64,000 bases of DNA. It comes from Eledone cirrhosa. Taxonomy: Eukaryota. The translations under genes and the position numbers were made by a program. The stretch spans positions 1,984,001-2,048,000 of the forward strand of contig OZ024743.1 of NCBI GenBank assembly GCA_964016885.1. The letters run 5' to 3'. Below the pieces are notes generated by a model. It was not told the DNA's origin, did no database searches, and worked only from the letters and a program-made list of their open reading frames with translations. The stretch's first letter is position 1, and every line of letters starts with the position of its first letter. Below, piece after piece: positions 1 to 18,040 of the stretch.

Positions 1-170
1 TCGTTAGAGCCACCCTTTAAGGTGCCTAGATTCATGGTACCAACTCTGAAGTTTTGGATTGCGTTTGGAGGGTGGGAGCGGTGGGGAGCGGGGGTGGGGT
101 TATGTTAGCCATCCGCGGCCGAAACAAAGAGGAGGAGCCCTTGCATTCTCGTCCATGAGGTGGATTTGTC
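1..170 (-). mobile_element. RTE LINE 5' region (start of APE endonuclease), runs off window
   Basis: Minus strand reads NFRVGTMNLGTLKGGSN, the typical APE N-terminal motif of RTE ORFs. Confidence 0.65.
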
Positions 171-171
171 T

Positions 172-672
172 TTATGTATATATATATATGTGTATGTATG
201 TGTGTGTATGTATGTATATGTATATATGAGTGTATATGTGTATATGTATGTGTATGTATGTGTATATATGTGTATACATGTATATATGTATGTATATGTA
301 TATATGTTTGTCTGTGTATATATGTATGTATATGTATGTATGTATATGTATATATACTTGTGTATATGTATATATACTTGTGTATATGTATATATACTTG
401 TGTATATGTATATATACTTATGTATATGTATATATACTTATGTATATGTGTATATGCTTATGTATGTGTATGTATGTATGTATGTATATGTATATTATGT
501 ATATATATATATGTATGTGTGTATTATGTATATGTATATATATGTATGTATGTGTATGTATGTATGTATGTATGTATGTATGTATGTATGTATGTATGTA
601 TGTATGTATGTATGTGTATATATGTATGTATATGTATGTATGTATGTATATGTATGTGTATGTATATGTATA
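172..672. repeat. (TA)n/(TG)n/(TATG)n compound microsatellite
   Basis: Seen directly; explains the spurious YVCM-rich ORFs. Confidence 0.97.
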
Positions 673-673
673 T

Positions 674-1025
674 GGAAGCACATGGCTAGTGGTTAGAACA
701 TTGGCCTGGCAATCGAAAGGTTGTGAGTTTAATTCTCAGACCGGGTGATGTGTTGTTTCCTTGAGCAAGTCACTTTATTTCACATTGCTCCAGTTTACTC
801 AGCTGTAGAAATGAGATGATAGGGACTGGGGTCCATATCATTCCACTGCAAAGTGGTCGTGGAGGTGCCACGGCAACAAAAGCACCCAGCACTCACTGTA
901 AATGAGGTTGGTGTTAGGAATGGCATCCAGCTGTAGAAATCAAGCGAGAATCAGTTCCCATCCCACCCTTGCAAGTGCAAGCAGGGAAAAAGCGGACTTA
1001 AAACGAAATGATGATGATGATGATG
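674..1025 (+). mobile_element. tRNA-derived SINE (family A) with RTE-like 3' tail ending in (GAT)n
   Basis: A-box-like TGGCTAGTGGTTAG, B-box-like GAGTTTAATTC, central CCTTGAGCAAGTCACTT domain; tail shared with RTE 3' ends; near-identical reverse copy at 50620-50961. Confidence 0.85.
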
Positions 1026-1066
1026 TATGTATGTGTATATGTATGTATGTATATGTATGTATGTGT

Positions 1067-2392
1067 ATGAGATGCAGTTTTGTTTTGTGCCTCGGAAAAG
1101 TACAACAGATGCCCTCTTCTTAGTGAGACAACTACAAGAGAGGTTCTTAGAGAAGAATAAGCCACTATACTTAGCTTTTGATGACTTAGAGGAGGTCTTT
1201 GATAGTGTACCACGATCTGTCATCTGGTGGTCTCTAAGGAAAATAGGTGTAGAGGAATGGCTTGTGAGGACAGTGCAAGCTAAGTACAGAGGTTCTGTCA
1301 GTAAAGTGAGAGAAGTAATGGAGTTTAATGAGGAATTCCAGATACAAGTAGGAGTGCATCAGGGCTCTGTCCTCAGCCCGCTCTGGTTCATTATAATTCT
1401 CCAAGCCATAACATGAGTTTAAGACTGGCTGCCCATGGGAACTTCTCTAGGCTGACGATCTGGTACTTATAGCAGATTCAGTAGAGGAACTAGAGAAGAA
1501 ATTCTGTCTATGGAAAAAGCAGTTGGAAGCAAGAGGACTGAGAGTGAACCTAGCTAAGACAAAAGTGTTGATAAGTAGAGAAGAGGACAAAACTCTGATT
1601 CCATCAGGGAAATGGTCATGTTCAATATGTAGAAAAGGAGTTGGGATTAATTCTATAAAATGTACACAATGCAGATCCTGGGTACACAAGAGATGTAGTG
1701 GGATAGCAGGCAAACTAACAAGTAGGGAGAAATACGTATGCAGTAGTTGTACAGAACTTGACAGTAGAAGACGCAGTGATAGGCACATTTACCACATGAA
1801 GGTGGGTTCTATAGAAGTGGGTGATAGCTTCTGCTACCTAGGTGATCTGATTAGAATGGGAAGGGATGTTCCGAGACCATAATATCTAGAATAAGAACGG
1901 GTCGGAAGAAATTTAAGGAGCTGCTTCCTCTGTTGACAAAGAAGGATTTCTCCCTGCGTACGAAAGGACGGTTATATGATGACTGTGTGAGATGCGCGAT
2001 GCTGCATGGTAGTGAGACTTGGGCAGCAACTGCAGAGGATATGCGATGGCTGGAGAGAAATGAACGACTAGGCATGGAGGACTTCAGGGAGAAACTGTTT
2101 AACTGGGATAAGTTGTAGTGTGCAGGAGAGAAGACTGTGTTGGTATAGACATGTGATGCGCATGGAGGATGACACCTAGGTAAAGAAGTGCCAAGAAATC
2201 CCAGTAGAAGGACAACGCAGTAGAGGAAGACCACGAAAAATACGGGCAGAGCTGGTGTGAGCAGACCTCAAATCTCTAAAGCTCAATGAGGAGATGACGA
2301 AGGACCGTGACAAGTGGAGAGATACTGTGCTCAATAGGTTCGTCCCACCCTTGCAAGCAAGGAAAAGCGGACGTAGAGTGATGAAGATGATG
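1067..2392 (+). mobile_element. RTE LINE, 5'-truncated and decayed (subfamily A)
   Basis: RT motifs [11 protein letters not shown] and ELL*ADDL, PHD-like CxxC..CxxC..HxxC..CxxC, LHGSETW; frameshifts and stops; GAT-repeat tail. Confidence 0.93.
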
Positions 2393-2526
2393 ACAAGACT
2401 TGTTGCAATTTAAACATCAACTAGGTAGATATGTATGCATGTGTGTGCAGCTATCCATCTATTTGTGTGTGCTTGTGTTCATTTTCACTTATGTGTGCAT
2501 CTGTATATGCTTAGTATTTAGATGCA

Positions 2527-3278
2527 CATCAGATGTTGTTTACTCGAGAGAAGGCTACGTTGGTACGGTCACGTGATGCGCATGAAAGACGACAGCTGTA
2601 TAACAAAGTGCAGGGCAATAAAGATAGACGGTAGCCACGGAGTAGGCAGACCCAGAAAAACATGGGACGAGCTGATAAATTCCGACCTCACACGCTTACA
2701 CCTCTCCAAGACAGTGTCACTGGACCGAGACCTTTGGCGGTACTCAGTAATAGAGAAGACCCGCCTTACCTAAATACAAAGTAAAAACCTACTACAGTCA
2801 GTAGGCATCTCTATCAAAAGACACCCCCGTCCCTCCACCCCACCCACACCGCCCCTTTCAATGTAAAGTTATGTTGGTCCCACAACATCCAGGCCGAAAC
2901 AAATGAGATCGTGTAGGTGTCACGACAAAAAACACACAGTCCACGCTGTAAATGTGGCCGTGTAGGCAACACGGTAAAAACCTCCCAGCCCCACACTGTA
3001 AATGTGGTTGGTGTTAGGAAGGGCATCCAGCTGTAGAAAACCCGCCAGACAGTCCACGCTGTAATGTGGCCGTGTAGGCAACACGGTAAAAACCTCCCAG
3101 CCCCACACTGTAAATGTGGTTGGTGTTAGGAAGGGCATCCAACTGTAGAAAACCCGCCAGACAGTCCTATGCGAGCAAGACAACCACTCTTGCCTCAAGT
3201 GGGAAAACCCCCGTCCAAACCCATGCAAGCGTGGAACACGGACGCTAAACCTGATGATGATGATGATGATGATGATCA
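2527..3278 (+). mobile_element. RTE LINE 3' end (subfamily B, long 3'UTR)
   Basis: [17 protein letters not shown]; 3'UTR matches copies at ~22700-23071 and ~61838-62220; (GAT)n tail; ~112-bp internal tandem duplication at 2938-3162. Confidence 0.92.
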
Positions 3279-3437
3279 TCTCCAATGTTTCAAATATTTT
3301 TTATCATACTTACATCGATTATACTTCGAATTACAAATATAGTCGTCTTCTTTCTATTTCTCTAAAGCAAAGCTTCACAACTAATATGAACGTATAGTCA
3401 GGGTCGACCATGTGCAAATGTTTCCTTATTTCTGCAT

Positions 3438-3980
3438 AGAGAGTAATATAGATAAACAAATTATATTATCTTCACCAACAGACGCTATATTGTCTCTCAC
3501 TTTCAAGGATACGCTTTTGCAATAAAACAACAGGAAATAAAGACAAACTATCTGATTCCCTAATATATAATATTATATTGGTATCTGCTTGGCAGCGAAC
3601 TCTAACTGCTGAGCGTCGTCTGTTATGCTTCCGATTCATTGCTTTTCACCGGTACAATCCACAACTACTCTTTCTATGTCTTAAAACGTTGCTGTAACTC
3701 CCAATGTTTACTCTCGGGGATGACCTTTCTATGGATTGCATTCTTCACTCTTTTTGCCACATCTTTCCACAGCTTCTTCACATCGGTCACATCTTCAATG
3801 TTCAATCTGCACAATTTCCACTTCTTTTCACATCTAGGTCTTTTGTGTACATCCCTATCTATTCTGTGACTCAGTTAGTCTTAGTTTCAAGTTCTTATAT
3901 TGTAAAATAATCTTTCAACATGGGAGACAATATAGCACTTGTTGCTGAAGATAGATTTTTATCATCTATATTATTCTCAC
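3438..3980. repeat. Old element with degenerate ~95-bp terminal inverted repeats
   Basis: 3438-3530 (..ATCTTCACCAACAGACGCTATATTGTCTCTCA..) aligns with the reverse complement of 3888-3980 (..ATCTTCAGCAACAAGTGCTATATTGTCTCCCA..). Confidence 0.5.
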
Positions 3981-4079
3981 TCTCCAGCTTCCAGGTAACA
4001 TATCCATTCATAATATTTGTGTGTGTGTCGTAATTTGTCTATATTTGAGAAAAGGATAATGATAAAAAGATATATACAG

Positions 4080-4375
4080 GGAGGAGGAGAGTGACTTGGT
4101 GGTGGAACAATATGGTAGATGAGGCAGTTAAGGTTAAGAGACAGGCATGGAAAGAATGGAAGAACAGGGCACATTACATAGAGACCAGGAGGGAAGCTAG
4201 GCGACAAGTATACTTAGCTAGAAGGGAGGCAGAGGATAGGAAATTCAAGCATGTTTTGCAACACGAGGAACAGAAACAAGAGGTGTTCCAGATTACGAGG
4301 CAGTGTGTCAGAGAGAATTGTGATGTCATTGGAGAGAAGTGTTTCCAGAATGATAAAGGTGAGCTTGCATTCACA
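4080..4375 (+). mobile_element. RTE LINE internal fragment
   Basis: TWWWN..KRQAWKEW..REARRQVY; same region as in the copies at ~20630 and ~46500. Confidence 0.85.
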
Positions 4376-4389
4376 AGTGCCCTATCCAT

Positions 4390-5870
4390 ATAGGAGGTAG
4401 CAGAGCGGAAGCCAAACAACATAGGCCAGTCTCCCTGACGTCACATATCAGTAAGGTCATGGAGCGAATCGTCAGAAAGAAACTGATCACTTTCCTCGAG
4501 GAAAATGACTGCCTGACTAACACGCAGCATGGCTTTCACCCAGGAAGAAGCTGCCTTACACAGCTGCTACATCATTAAGACTGGGTACTGAAACAACTGC
4601 TTGACAGCTCACATGTGGACATGATATATCTTGACTTTGCGAAGGCCTTTGACAAAGTCGACGACGGAATGATATGTCACAAACTACACGGACTCACCAT
4701 AACTAGAAAAGTAGGTGAGTGGCTGCACGACTTCTTAAAGGAGAGAAGCCAGACAGTCGCATCAAACGGGGGCCCTCTCAAAAGAAATATCAATAACAAG
4801 TGGGGTTCCCCAAGGCACCTGGTTCCTGGGACCACTACTGTTTTTGGTGGCTCTCTCAGACATACCCTCTGTAGTACATACAACAACATCCCTCACTAGC
4901 TATGCTGATGACACTAAGGTAGCACAGACAATCAAAAACCCGGCTGACGCTGCCCTTTTACAACAAGGGCTGTATGCCATATACAAATGGGCGGAAGACA
5001 ACAACATGCAGTTTAATGCTGGCAAATTCCAAGCGCTACGAAATTCCTGCAAACACAAATACAGTACAACACAGTTACACCGGACCAGGAGGGACCGATA
5101 TCCCTGGGTAAAAATCGATATGAGACCTGGGTATAGACATGAGCGATGATGCATCTTTTTCCTCCTACATCATGAAAGTGGGGACAATGTGCAGACGACT
5201 CGCTGGCCGGATCTTGAAGACTTTCCGGAGAAGAGACCGAGACACCATGTTGACACTATGGAGGACATTTGTCCTAAGCCGCCTGGACTATTGCTCCCAG
5301 TTGTGGTCACCCCATAGTGTCAAACTAACCACGGAGCTTGAGGCAATCCAGCGAAGCTACACCAAGAGGATTGCGACTATGAAGGAGATAAGCTACTGGG
5401 CGAGGCTAAAAGAACTGAACCTCTACTCCTTGGAACGAAGACGGGAGAGATACGCAGTGATCTACATGTGGAAAATCCTGGAGGGACTAGCACCAAACTT
5501 TGGCATTGGGAGCTGGACCAACTGCCGAACAGGACGTCATTGTGTGGTACCAAAGATCCCGTCTTCCATATCTAGAATAAGGAGCAGATATTGCAAAAGT
5601 CTGGGGTTCAAGGACCCTCAACTCTTCAACAAGCTGCCAAGGGATCTGAGAGATCTGCATGGTGTGGATGTCTTCAAGAAACATCTCGACACCTTGCTAT
5701 CCAGGATCCCAGATGAGCCCACAGCAAGGCACGAGGGAAACCTAAGGGCAGCAGCAATGAACTCCCTGTTGCACCAGTGGTCAACCAATACAGGCTGGAG
5801 ATAAAATGTGTATCAACAAGGGCGGTGCCCCAGCATGGCCTCAGCCGGATGGCTGGAACAGGTAAAAGAG
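4390..5870 (+). mobile_element. CR1/L2-group LINE 3' portion, decayed
   Basis: QHGF..GRSCLTQLL, YLDFAKAFDKV, YADDTK, RLDYCSQLWSP, LYSLERRRERY; frameshifts. Confidence 0.9.
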
Positions 5871-6349
5871 TATATATACATATTTATATACATATATATA
5901 TATACAAAGTGCTAAAACGATCAAATTTTAGTTTAGAACATTTATTTGCTGACAATTGTTTCTTCCAGAAACATGTTACTAAAATCCTATCATTCAGAAC
6001 ATTTAAGATACATAATTGTTATTAGTGTCAAAGGCATCATGTGGAGAATCAGGAGTTAAAAAGATGTTCTGCTTGAAAGAACACAATTACAGGCAGCACT
6101 GGTTGGAAGTGTAATAGGTATAAGTAAAAAGCACAAGCAAAAAAAACACAGGCATAAAAGTTATAAGCAATGTTTCAACATTCCTTATGCTCCGATGATT
6201 CCAGACTTCCCTCTGGAAGAAATAAATGTTCTAAACTAAAATTTGATCATTTTAACACTTTGTATCTCGGCTCTGTAAAACACTTGAAAACTTGCATTGA
6301 GCCTTTTGTCATACCGGTAACCTTCCAGATCATTATATGGAAGGTCATC

Positions 6350-9300
6350 TTCAGAGGTTAAGAGAAAGAAAATAGAGCGATCTGAAGAAAGTGAAGAAGT
6401 TCGGCATGCCCGTCTAGCTGCTAACAGAGCCCAAACAGCTTTAGCAAGAGCACACAGTTTGGATGAAAGGGAACAAAGGATTGCTGCTACTCGAGAACAA
6501 CAAATTAAGGAACAGCTGCAAATCAGACGAAATGCTAATCAAGCACATCGTTCTACTGCCTGAGCAGCAGAACAAGCCACAAGTAGAATAAACTGGCTGA
6601 TGGGGGCTTTTTCTGATGACCCCCAAAAGGACTACAGCAGTAATCCACAAAAGAACATTGGGGAAATGAACAAATGCTGCCAGTATTGTGGTGCCAAGAA
6701 GTGGGCAGCAGAAACGCCAAGTCTATGCTGCACAAAAGACAAAGTGGGCCTTAAAACAATACAAGAACCTCCTGAATTTCTGAAAAATCTACTCCTTCAG
6801 CAAACACCAGAAGCACGACACTTCAATAAATACATCATAAAATATAATGCTGCCTTTCAAATGACATCTTTTGAGGTTGACAGGAATGTGACTGACTTTA
6901 GATTCTGTACAACTTATAAAATTCAGGGACAGTGTTACCACTTAATGGGTGGCCTTCTGCCACTTTCACAGGAGCCTCACAAATTTGTGCAGGTTTACTT
7001 GATGGGGGGAAATGAAACACAGGCACAACAAAGATGTACCAATGTCCATGGTGGATTGCAGTTCTACATAGTCATAAAGTTACAAGAAATGCTTCACCAA
7101 CATCACATGAACGTCAGTGTATTTAAATATGCACTGGAGCATATGATCAACACCAGAGATCGTAAAATCATCACTAGGGCAGACAAATGCCCAGCTTCAG
7201 AACATGAACGCAGATTCAATGCACCTGTCACTGATGAAGATACAATCATAATGGTTGATGAACAGCATGAATGACGTGACATTGTTTTGCAAAAACGAAG
7301 TGGACATTTGGAACAAATTTGTGAAACTCATAGAGCCTATGATTCACTCCAATATCCGCTCATCTTTTGGAATGGTCATGATGGATATCATTTTCAGCTA
7401 CGGCAGATCAGCCCAGGAACGGGACAAGAAACTGGCCGATCAATCAGCTGCAAAGAATTCTATGCTTATCATTTCATGGTACGTGATCACTTTCAACCAA
7501 GTTCTGCGATTCAAAGAAGTAACCAGCCACTTCATGGTGGACATGTATGCCAAAATTGAAATAGAAAGATTGGGTTTTCTGCAAAGGAATCAAACTAAGT
7601 TGAGGGCAGATAACTACATCCACTTTAGAGATGCCATCAATTCTGATGTTGACCCAAGAAATATTGGCCAGCCAGTCATACTACCATCAAGCTTCATGGG
7701 AGGATCACATTACATGCATGAACGTACGCAAGATGCAATGGCCTATGTCAGAAAATTTGGTCGGCCAGATCTCTTCATTACATTTACATGCAATTCAAAT
7801 TGGTTAGAAATATCAAATGAATTATTTCAAAATCAAAAACCAAAGGATCGACATAACTTCATTGCTCGGGTTTTCTATGAAAACAAAAAAAAAACTCATC
7901 TGGCTCCTAAAAGAAGGAAGAATCTTTGGTGAGCTTAGTGCTTGGATGACCACTATTGAGTGGCAGAAGAGAGAGGTATCCTCACTCTCACACACTAATC
8001 TGGCGCAAGGAGAAGATAAGACCAGATGATGTTGATAAGATCATTTCAGCAGAGTTGCCTGATAAAGGTGGTGATCCAGAGCTCTTTGAAACCATCAAGT
8101 CCAAACTCATTCATGGTCCATGTGGAGTCTTCAAACCAGCCTCACCCTGCATGAAAGATCAAAAATGCAGCAAACATTATCCTAGAGCTTTTATTCGGGA
8201 AACTCGGACTGACAATAATGGATACCCCCTTTATCGTAGGCGTAGACCAGAACATGGAGGCAATACTGCAAGCCTAGTAGTTCGAGGAGAGGAGCTGACC
8301 ATAAACAATCAGTGGGTCGTCCCACACAACAAATTGTTGTGTAAACTTTTAAAAGCTCATATCAATGTTGAGTATTGCAGCTCCGTCAAGGCGATCCTAT
8401 ATGTCACAAAATATATCAACAAGGGCAGTGACATAGCTACCTTTATTACTGACAAAGAACTCAATGATGGTGGGCTGGATGAGGTGAAACGGTATCAAAC
8501 AGGTCGATACATCTCCAGCAATGAAGCTATCTGGCGAATCTTTGGATTTGATATCCATCAACGCCACCCAACAGTGGTCAACCTCGCAGTCCATCTGGAA
8601 AATGTACAGAGAGTGTACTTCACTGATATCACTGCTCATCAGTTGGCACAAGCATCACATGACACTACACTAACTGCTTTCTTTAAACTCAGCCAGAATG
8701 ATGAATTTGCTCGATCCCTCCTATATGCTGAAGTCCCAACATACTACACCTGGACTAATTGCAAGACCCGCAATCGAAGAAAGCAGGGTCATTTAGTGGA
8801 AGGTCATGAAGTCAAGTCAAATGATGCTATTGGGCGTGTTGACAATGTCCATCCCAACAACAGAGAATGTTTTTATTTATGGCTACTTCTGCATACTGTT
8901 CGAGGACCAAGATCAATGGAGGATCTTAGGTGCTTCAGAGGAAGGGAGTGCGCAACATACCAAGAAGCATGTAAACAGCATGGACTCCTGCATGACAATG
9001 GACACTGGAGAAAGTGCCTAGAAGAAGCAGCAATCACTCAAGTAGCCAGTGAAATAAGACAATTATTTGCTATTATGCTCACAGCATGTGGAATTTGATG
9101 AAGTTCATCTACTCTGGGAGGAGTACAAAAACAATATCTCGGACAACTATCTACACCTAGTACGAAGGCATCACGGCAATATGTATATTGAATATACCCC
9201 CAGGATTTACAATCAAGCTCTCTGTGACCTGTCCCATCGAGTTCAGGCAATGAATAGCACATTAGCTAACTGCGGGATGCCAGAGCCAGATGAAGAAATG

Positions 9301-10366
9301 GAGGTAGCACAAGGCATTTTTCAGGAGACAAACTATGATATTCAAGCATTGCGTACGTTTGTGGATTAAAATGAACTTTGTTTGATGGATGACCAGAAAT
9401 ACGCCTACCACATCATTGTAAACATTCAAAATGACAGGGGAGGACTTTTCTTCATCGATGCTCCTGCTGGCACAGGCAAGACATTCCTCATAAACCTCCT
9501 GCTTGCAAAAGTTTGCCAAAAGCCACATATTGCCCTTGCTGTGGCCTCAAGTGGCATTGCAGCAAGACTTCTGGATAGAGGAAGAACTGCACACTCCATG
9601 TTTAAGCTGCCCATAGATCTCACACGGCATGAACAATCTTTTTGCAACATCAAGAACTCACCCAAGGGCAAGCTTCTGCAAACATGCAAGATGATAATTT
9701 GGGATGAAGCTACTATGAGCCATAAAGGAGAAATTGAAGCTTTCGACCGGACGATAAGGGATCTGAGAGAAAATAGTTGCATAATGGGAGGAGTGACAAT
9801 GGTTCTTGCTGGTGATTTCAGACAAACTCTGCCTGTAATTCTTCGAGGGACTCGAGCTGATCAATGCCTGTCTGAAAACATCCTATATCTGACCCCACTT
9901 TCAGCTGCTGAACCTTACAACCAACATGCGAGTGCACTTAACTGGTGACGAAGGTGTCAGTGAGTTTGCCATCCAACTACTTAAATTGGGAAATATACTT
10001 CTTGACACAGAACAAGAACTAATTGCCAGAGTGTTTCCAAACATTCAGACCAGGCAATGTGATCTGAAATGGCTCTGTGAACGAGCAATCTTAGCACCTA
10101 AAAATGTTGCTTTGAAAGAAATCAACAGAAGGCTGCTGGAGATGTTACCGGGAGAGAAAATATGCTACAAATCAGTTGACACAATCACTTCTCAAGACCA
10201 GGTTGTAAACTATCCAACTGAATTTAGGGTTGAATCTGGCAGATCCTGCCTTTTCACACGGTCACCTCTATGTTGGCACAACAAGGGTTGGAACCCTGAT
10301 TGTCTCTTCATTGTGACACCACAGGGCAAAACCAAGAATGTTGTTTATCCAGAGGCTTTGGAATGA
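6350..10366 (+). mobile_element. Helitron Rep/Helicase pseudogene (decayed autonomous Helitron)
   Basis: Rep motifs PDLFITFTCN, IEWQKR..PHSHTL (HUH), LYVTKYINKG; PIF1-type helicase DAPAGTGKT, IIWDEATM, LAGDFRQTLPV; C-terminus GKTKNVVYPEAL; several frameshifts, late helicase motifs deleted; termini not found. Confidence 0.95.
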
Positions 10367-10439
10367 GCAATGTCGTAATACCTCATTCAATGACAATACA
10401 CACAGATCCTAATTCCTTTGTCATGTAGTTTGCAAGGAA

Positions 10440-15194
<4,755 letters not shown>

Positions 15195-15350
15195 AAAGAA
15201 TAGAGGTGTAACACACAAGTTATTATATATTGGTAAACGGAATAGAAAATGCTGACAAATTGTTCACAGTTGAAAAATGGTTTAATTAGGAATAAAAGAG
15301 TATTAGTAATTGTATGGGTTAGTATTCAGTTGTGGTTTTAAGTTTTTAAG

Positions 15351-15388
15351 TTTTTACCGGTTGCGCATTTCTAAATGCTTTTCAAAAA
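15351..15388 (-). ncRNA. Degenerate minimal hammerhead (U3/A8 variant, GAAA changed to GCAA)
   Basis: Minus strand TT-TTGAAAA-GCATT TAGA AATGC-GCAA-CCGG-TA-AAAA. Confidence 0.45.
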
Positions 15389-15444
15389 TAATTTTGAGAT
15401 AGAGTGTCCGTGTTGTCTGCTCTGATTAGTTTGGGGAATTCTAC

Positions 15445-15690
15445 CTGTTTTTATGTTAACAAAGTGGCTCCAGCGCTACTTTGGTGTTGCAAAAATTCTT
15501 GTGGTCAAAACAATTTTGATTGGTCGGTAGAGGTCATGTGAATGTAAAAAATTGATTTTGCGCCAAGACTGTTTTTATGTTAACAAAGTGGCTCCAGCGC
15601 TACTTTGGTGTTGCAAAAATTCTTGTGGTCAAAACAATTTTGATTGGTCGGTAGAGGTCATGTGAATAAAAAATTGATTTTGCACCAAGA
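15445..15690. repeat. ~124-bp tandem duplication
   Basis: CTGTTTTTATGTTAACAAAGTGGCTCCAGCG..CCAAGA occurs twice. Confidence 0.9.
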
Positions 15691-16019
15691 CTGAGAAATG
15701 ACTCTTTCCCAACAAATGTGTGTGTGTGTGTGTGTAGTAGTAGTAAGGTGTTCGATGTTGTGATAATGGTTAGCAGGGATGTGTGTCAAATGGTTATTAA
15801 GATAAGTGTGTGTGTGTGTGTATAGCAGAGTAATTCGTGGTAGCAGGGATGGTCAGTAGAAATGTTTCTGTAAGCAGTGGGGGTATTTTAGCATGTCAAA
15901 AGATAATTTTCAGCTTTTGTCTTATACGGAGAAGTGTGTGTGTGTATAAGTCTCTTTGTATGTTAATGTACGCATGTGTGTGTGTGTGTATATATATGTA
16001 CTATATATATGTACTATAT

Positions 16020-16632
16020 ATGTACTATTTCTATAGTACCATCTGTGCAATGGAATGAGCTAGTATTCTATGGGTACTTGCTGCTATTTATTGCACCAGA
16101 GCACCGGCCACATATAAAATCTATATTCTTAGTTAGCTTACCTGTGATCGCACTACATCTTTTATGTACCCATACTTTGCATTTGGGACATAAAATGGAG
16201 TTTCTGCCTACTCCTTTCCTACACACTGAGCATGGCCATTTCCCAGATGGGACCGGTGCCCTATTTTCCTTCCTACAAACTAGAACTTTAGTCTTAGACA
16301 AGTTAACTTTAAGGCCTTTTGATTCTAGGCCATGCTTCCATGTTTGGAATTTCTTCTCTAGTTCAGCCATTGATTCAGCTATGAGCGTTAGATCATCTGC
16401 ATATAGGAGTTCCCATGGGCAGCCAGTCTTGAACTCCTCTGTTATAGCCTGAAGGGCAATAATAAATAGTAGGGGGCTAAGAACGGAGCCCTGACGAACA
16501 CCAACTTTTACGCTAAACTCTTCACTATATTCGTTGTTAATTCTAACCTTGCTGACTGTTTCTTTATACATGGCTTGTATAGCTCTCACAAGCCATTCAT
16601 CAACACCTAGTTTTCTAAGCGCCCACCAGATA
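16020..16632 (-). mobile_element. RTE LINE RT fragment (subfamily B)
   Basis: [27 protein letters not shown] plus PHD finger. Confidence 0.93.
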
Positions 16633-16799
16633 ATATATATATATACATTTTGAGTATATGTTGGTTGTTTACCGACACCACAGTATGCAGTTTGGAGCAC
16701 TCGACGAAGTACGCAGGTTGGTTTGGTTACTCCGGAGTAATGTAAAATAAAATAATTAAGTCAAATATTTTAAATTTAGCTTCGTTTATTAAGAATGTA

Positions 16800-16852
16800 C
16801 TGCTATATATATTTCGGTGACAGCCATCATTGGCTGTGACCTCTTCAGGCAG
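16800..16852 (-). ncRNA. Minimal type-I hammerhead ribozyme
   Basis: Minus strand CTGC-CTGAAGA-GGTCACAGCCA ATGA TGGCTGTCACC-GAAA-TATATA-TA-GCAG: intact core, 4-bp stem I, stem II with 10 of 11 pairs, palindromic stem III. Confidence 0.85.
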
Positions 16853-18040
16853 CCCAAATTGGTGTGGTAGAGACAGGTACACATGTTGTTAAAGTGTTTT
16901 ACTCCGTCAATACTCTGATATGTCCAGCTCCTGGTTGGGTTGTTATTTCTCTGAGGAACTGGAATCATATGATTCCAGATATGATTCCCACTGTAGGGAA
17001 AGGGCTTATGTATATATATATATATATATGTGTGTTTGTGAGCGAGTGTGTATCTGTGCCTGTATATATGGATATGTGTGTGTATGTGTGTGTGCATGGG
17101 AGAAAAAGAAGGGGGGGGGGGGTCTATGTATATGTCTGTCCCTGTTTGTGTGTACGGGTATATATACGCGTATGCATGTGTGTGCGCCTGTGTGTGTGTT
17201 GATGTATATAGGCATGTAGGCATGCGTGTGTGTATGCGTATGTTTATAGGTTTATATGTTCTCCTTAAATGTGTGTGTATAGCGGGAGTCTATGCGTTTG
17301 ACTGTCGTTATCTATGTGTTTGTGTGTATGTGTATGTATGTGTGTGTGAGTGCACACGTGGACGTGTGAACTACCAACCCCAGCAGTAATTCATTGAGGT
17401 GTGGCAGACATGGGACAGCTGATGGTCAACCGAACGATACCTGTGGTCAGAATTATGATGACGTAGACAACCAGCGGCCAATAACAGGACGTGCGAAGAG
17501 GATGATGTTTTTGACGGTAACACGCCAGTGAAAGAATTTACTCTGAAATCATTAGACGTGTCCGTCGAACCTGCAGATCCAGACTCAGACAGATCCACAC
17601 AATGATCGTGTCTCGAGCTGTCCGCCAGCGAAACAATTGTAACACACAATAAATTGAGTTCAGATGCATCACTGATTTTTTTGTTTTATATTATATATAT
17701 ATATATATACGTGTATGTGTGTAGACACACACATATAAGGAGGTGATTTGGCAGTTTTTAGAGCATCGGTTTTAATGATTGACAACATTTTTAATTATTA
17801 CATTGAGAATTGGCAGCATCAGTCAAAATATCATTAGTTACAGCCCTTACATTTTAAGTCCAAATACTAACAAGAGCAACTTTGACTTCCTTCCAGGGTC
17901 ACAAGAAATTAAGTATCAGTCAAGTACTGCAATTGATTTAAATGAATAGAACTTCCCTTAATGCTTTCATTATGAATCCAGCTAAAAGTGGCTCTGGTTT
18001 TATGAAACAAAATCACTCATTTTAAAGGATTTGTATTTAA

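Noticed and set aside
674-745. Functional tRNA genes (also at 24789 and 59202)
   Set aside because: No complete cloverleaf; each is followed by a SINE body
160-748. Long Y/V/C/M/I-rich ORFs (also at 16789-17389, 47513-47934 and 58170-58545)
   Set aside because: Translations of TA/TG microsatellites, which lack stops in some frames
3640-3880. Short minus-strand open frame (DVHKRPRCEKKW..) between the old inverted repeats
   Set aside because: No start codon, convincing splice signals or recognisable motif
6600-10366. Host PIF1 helicase gene
   Set aside because: Fused to an HUH Rep domain, intronless and frameshifted, so a Helitron
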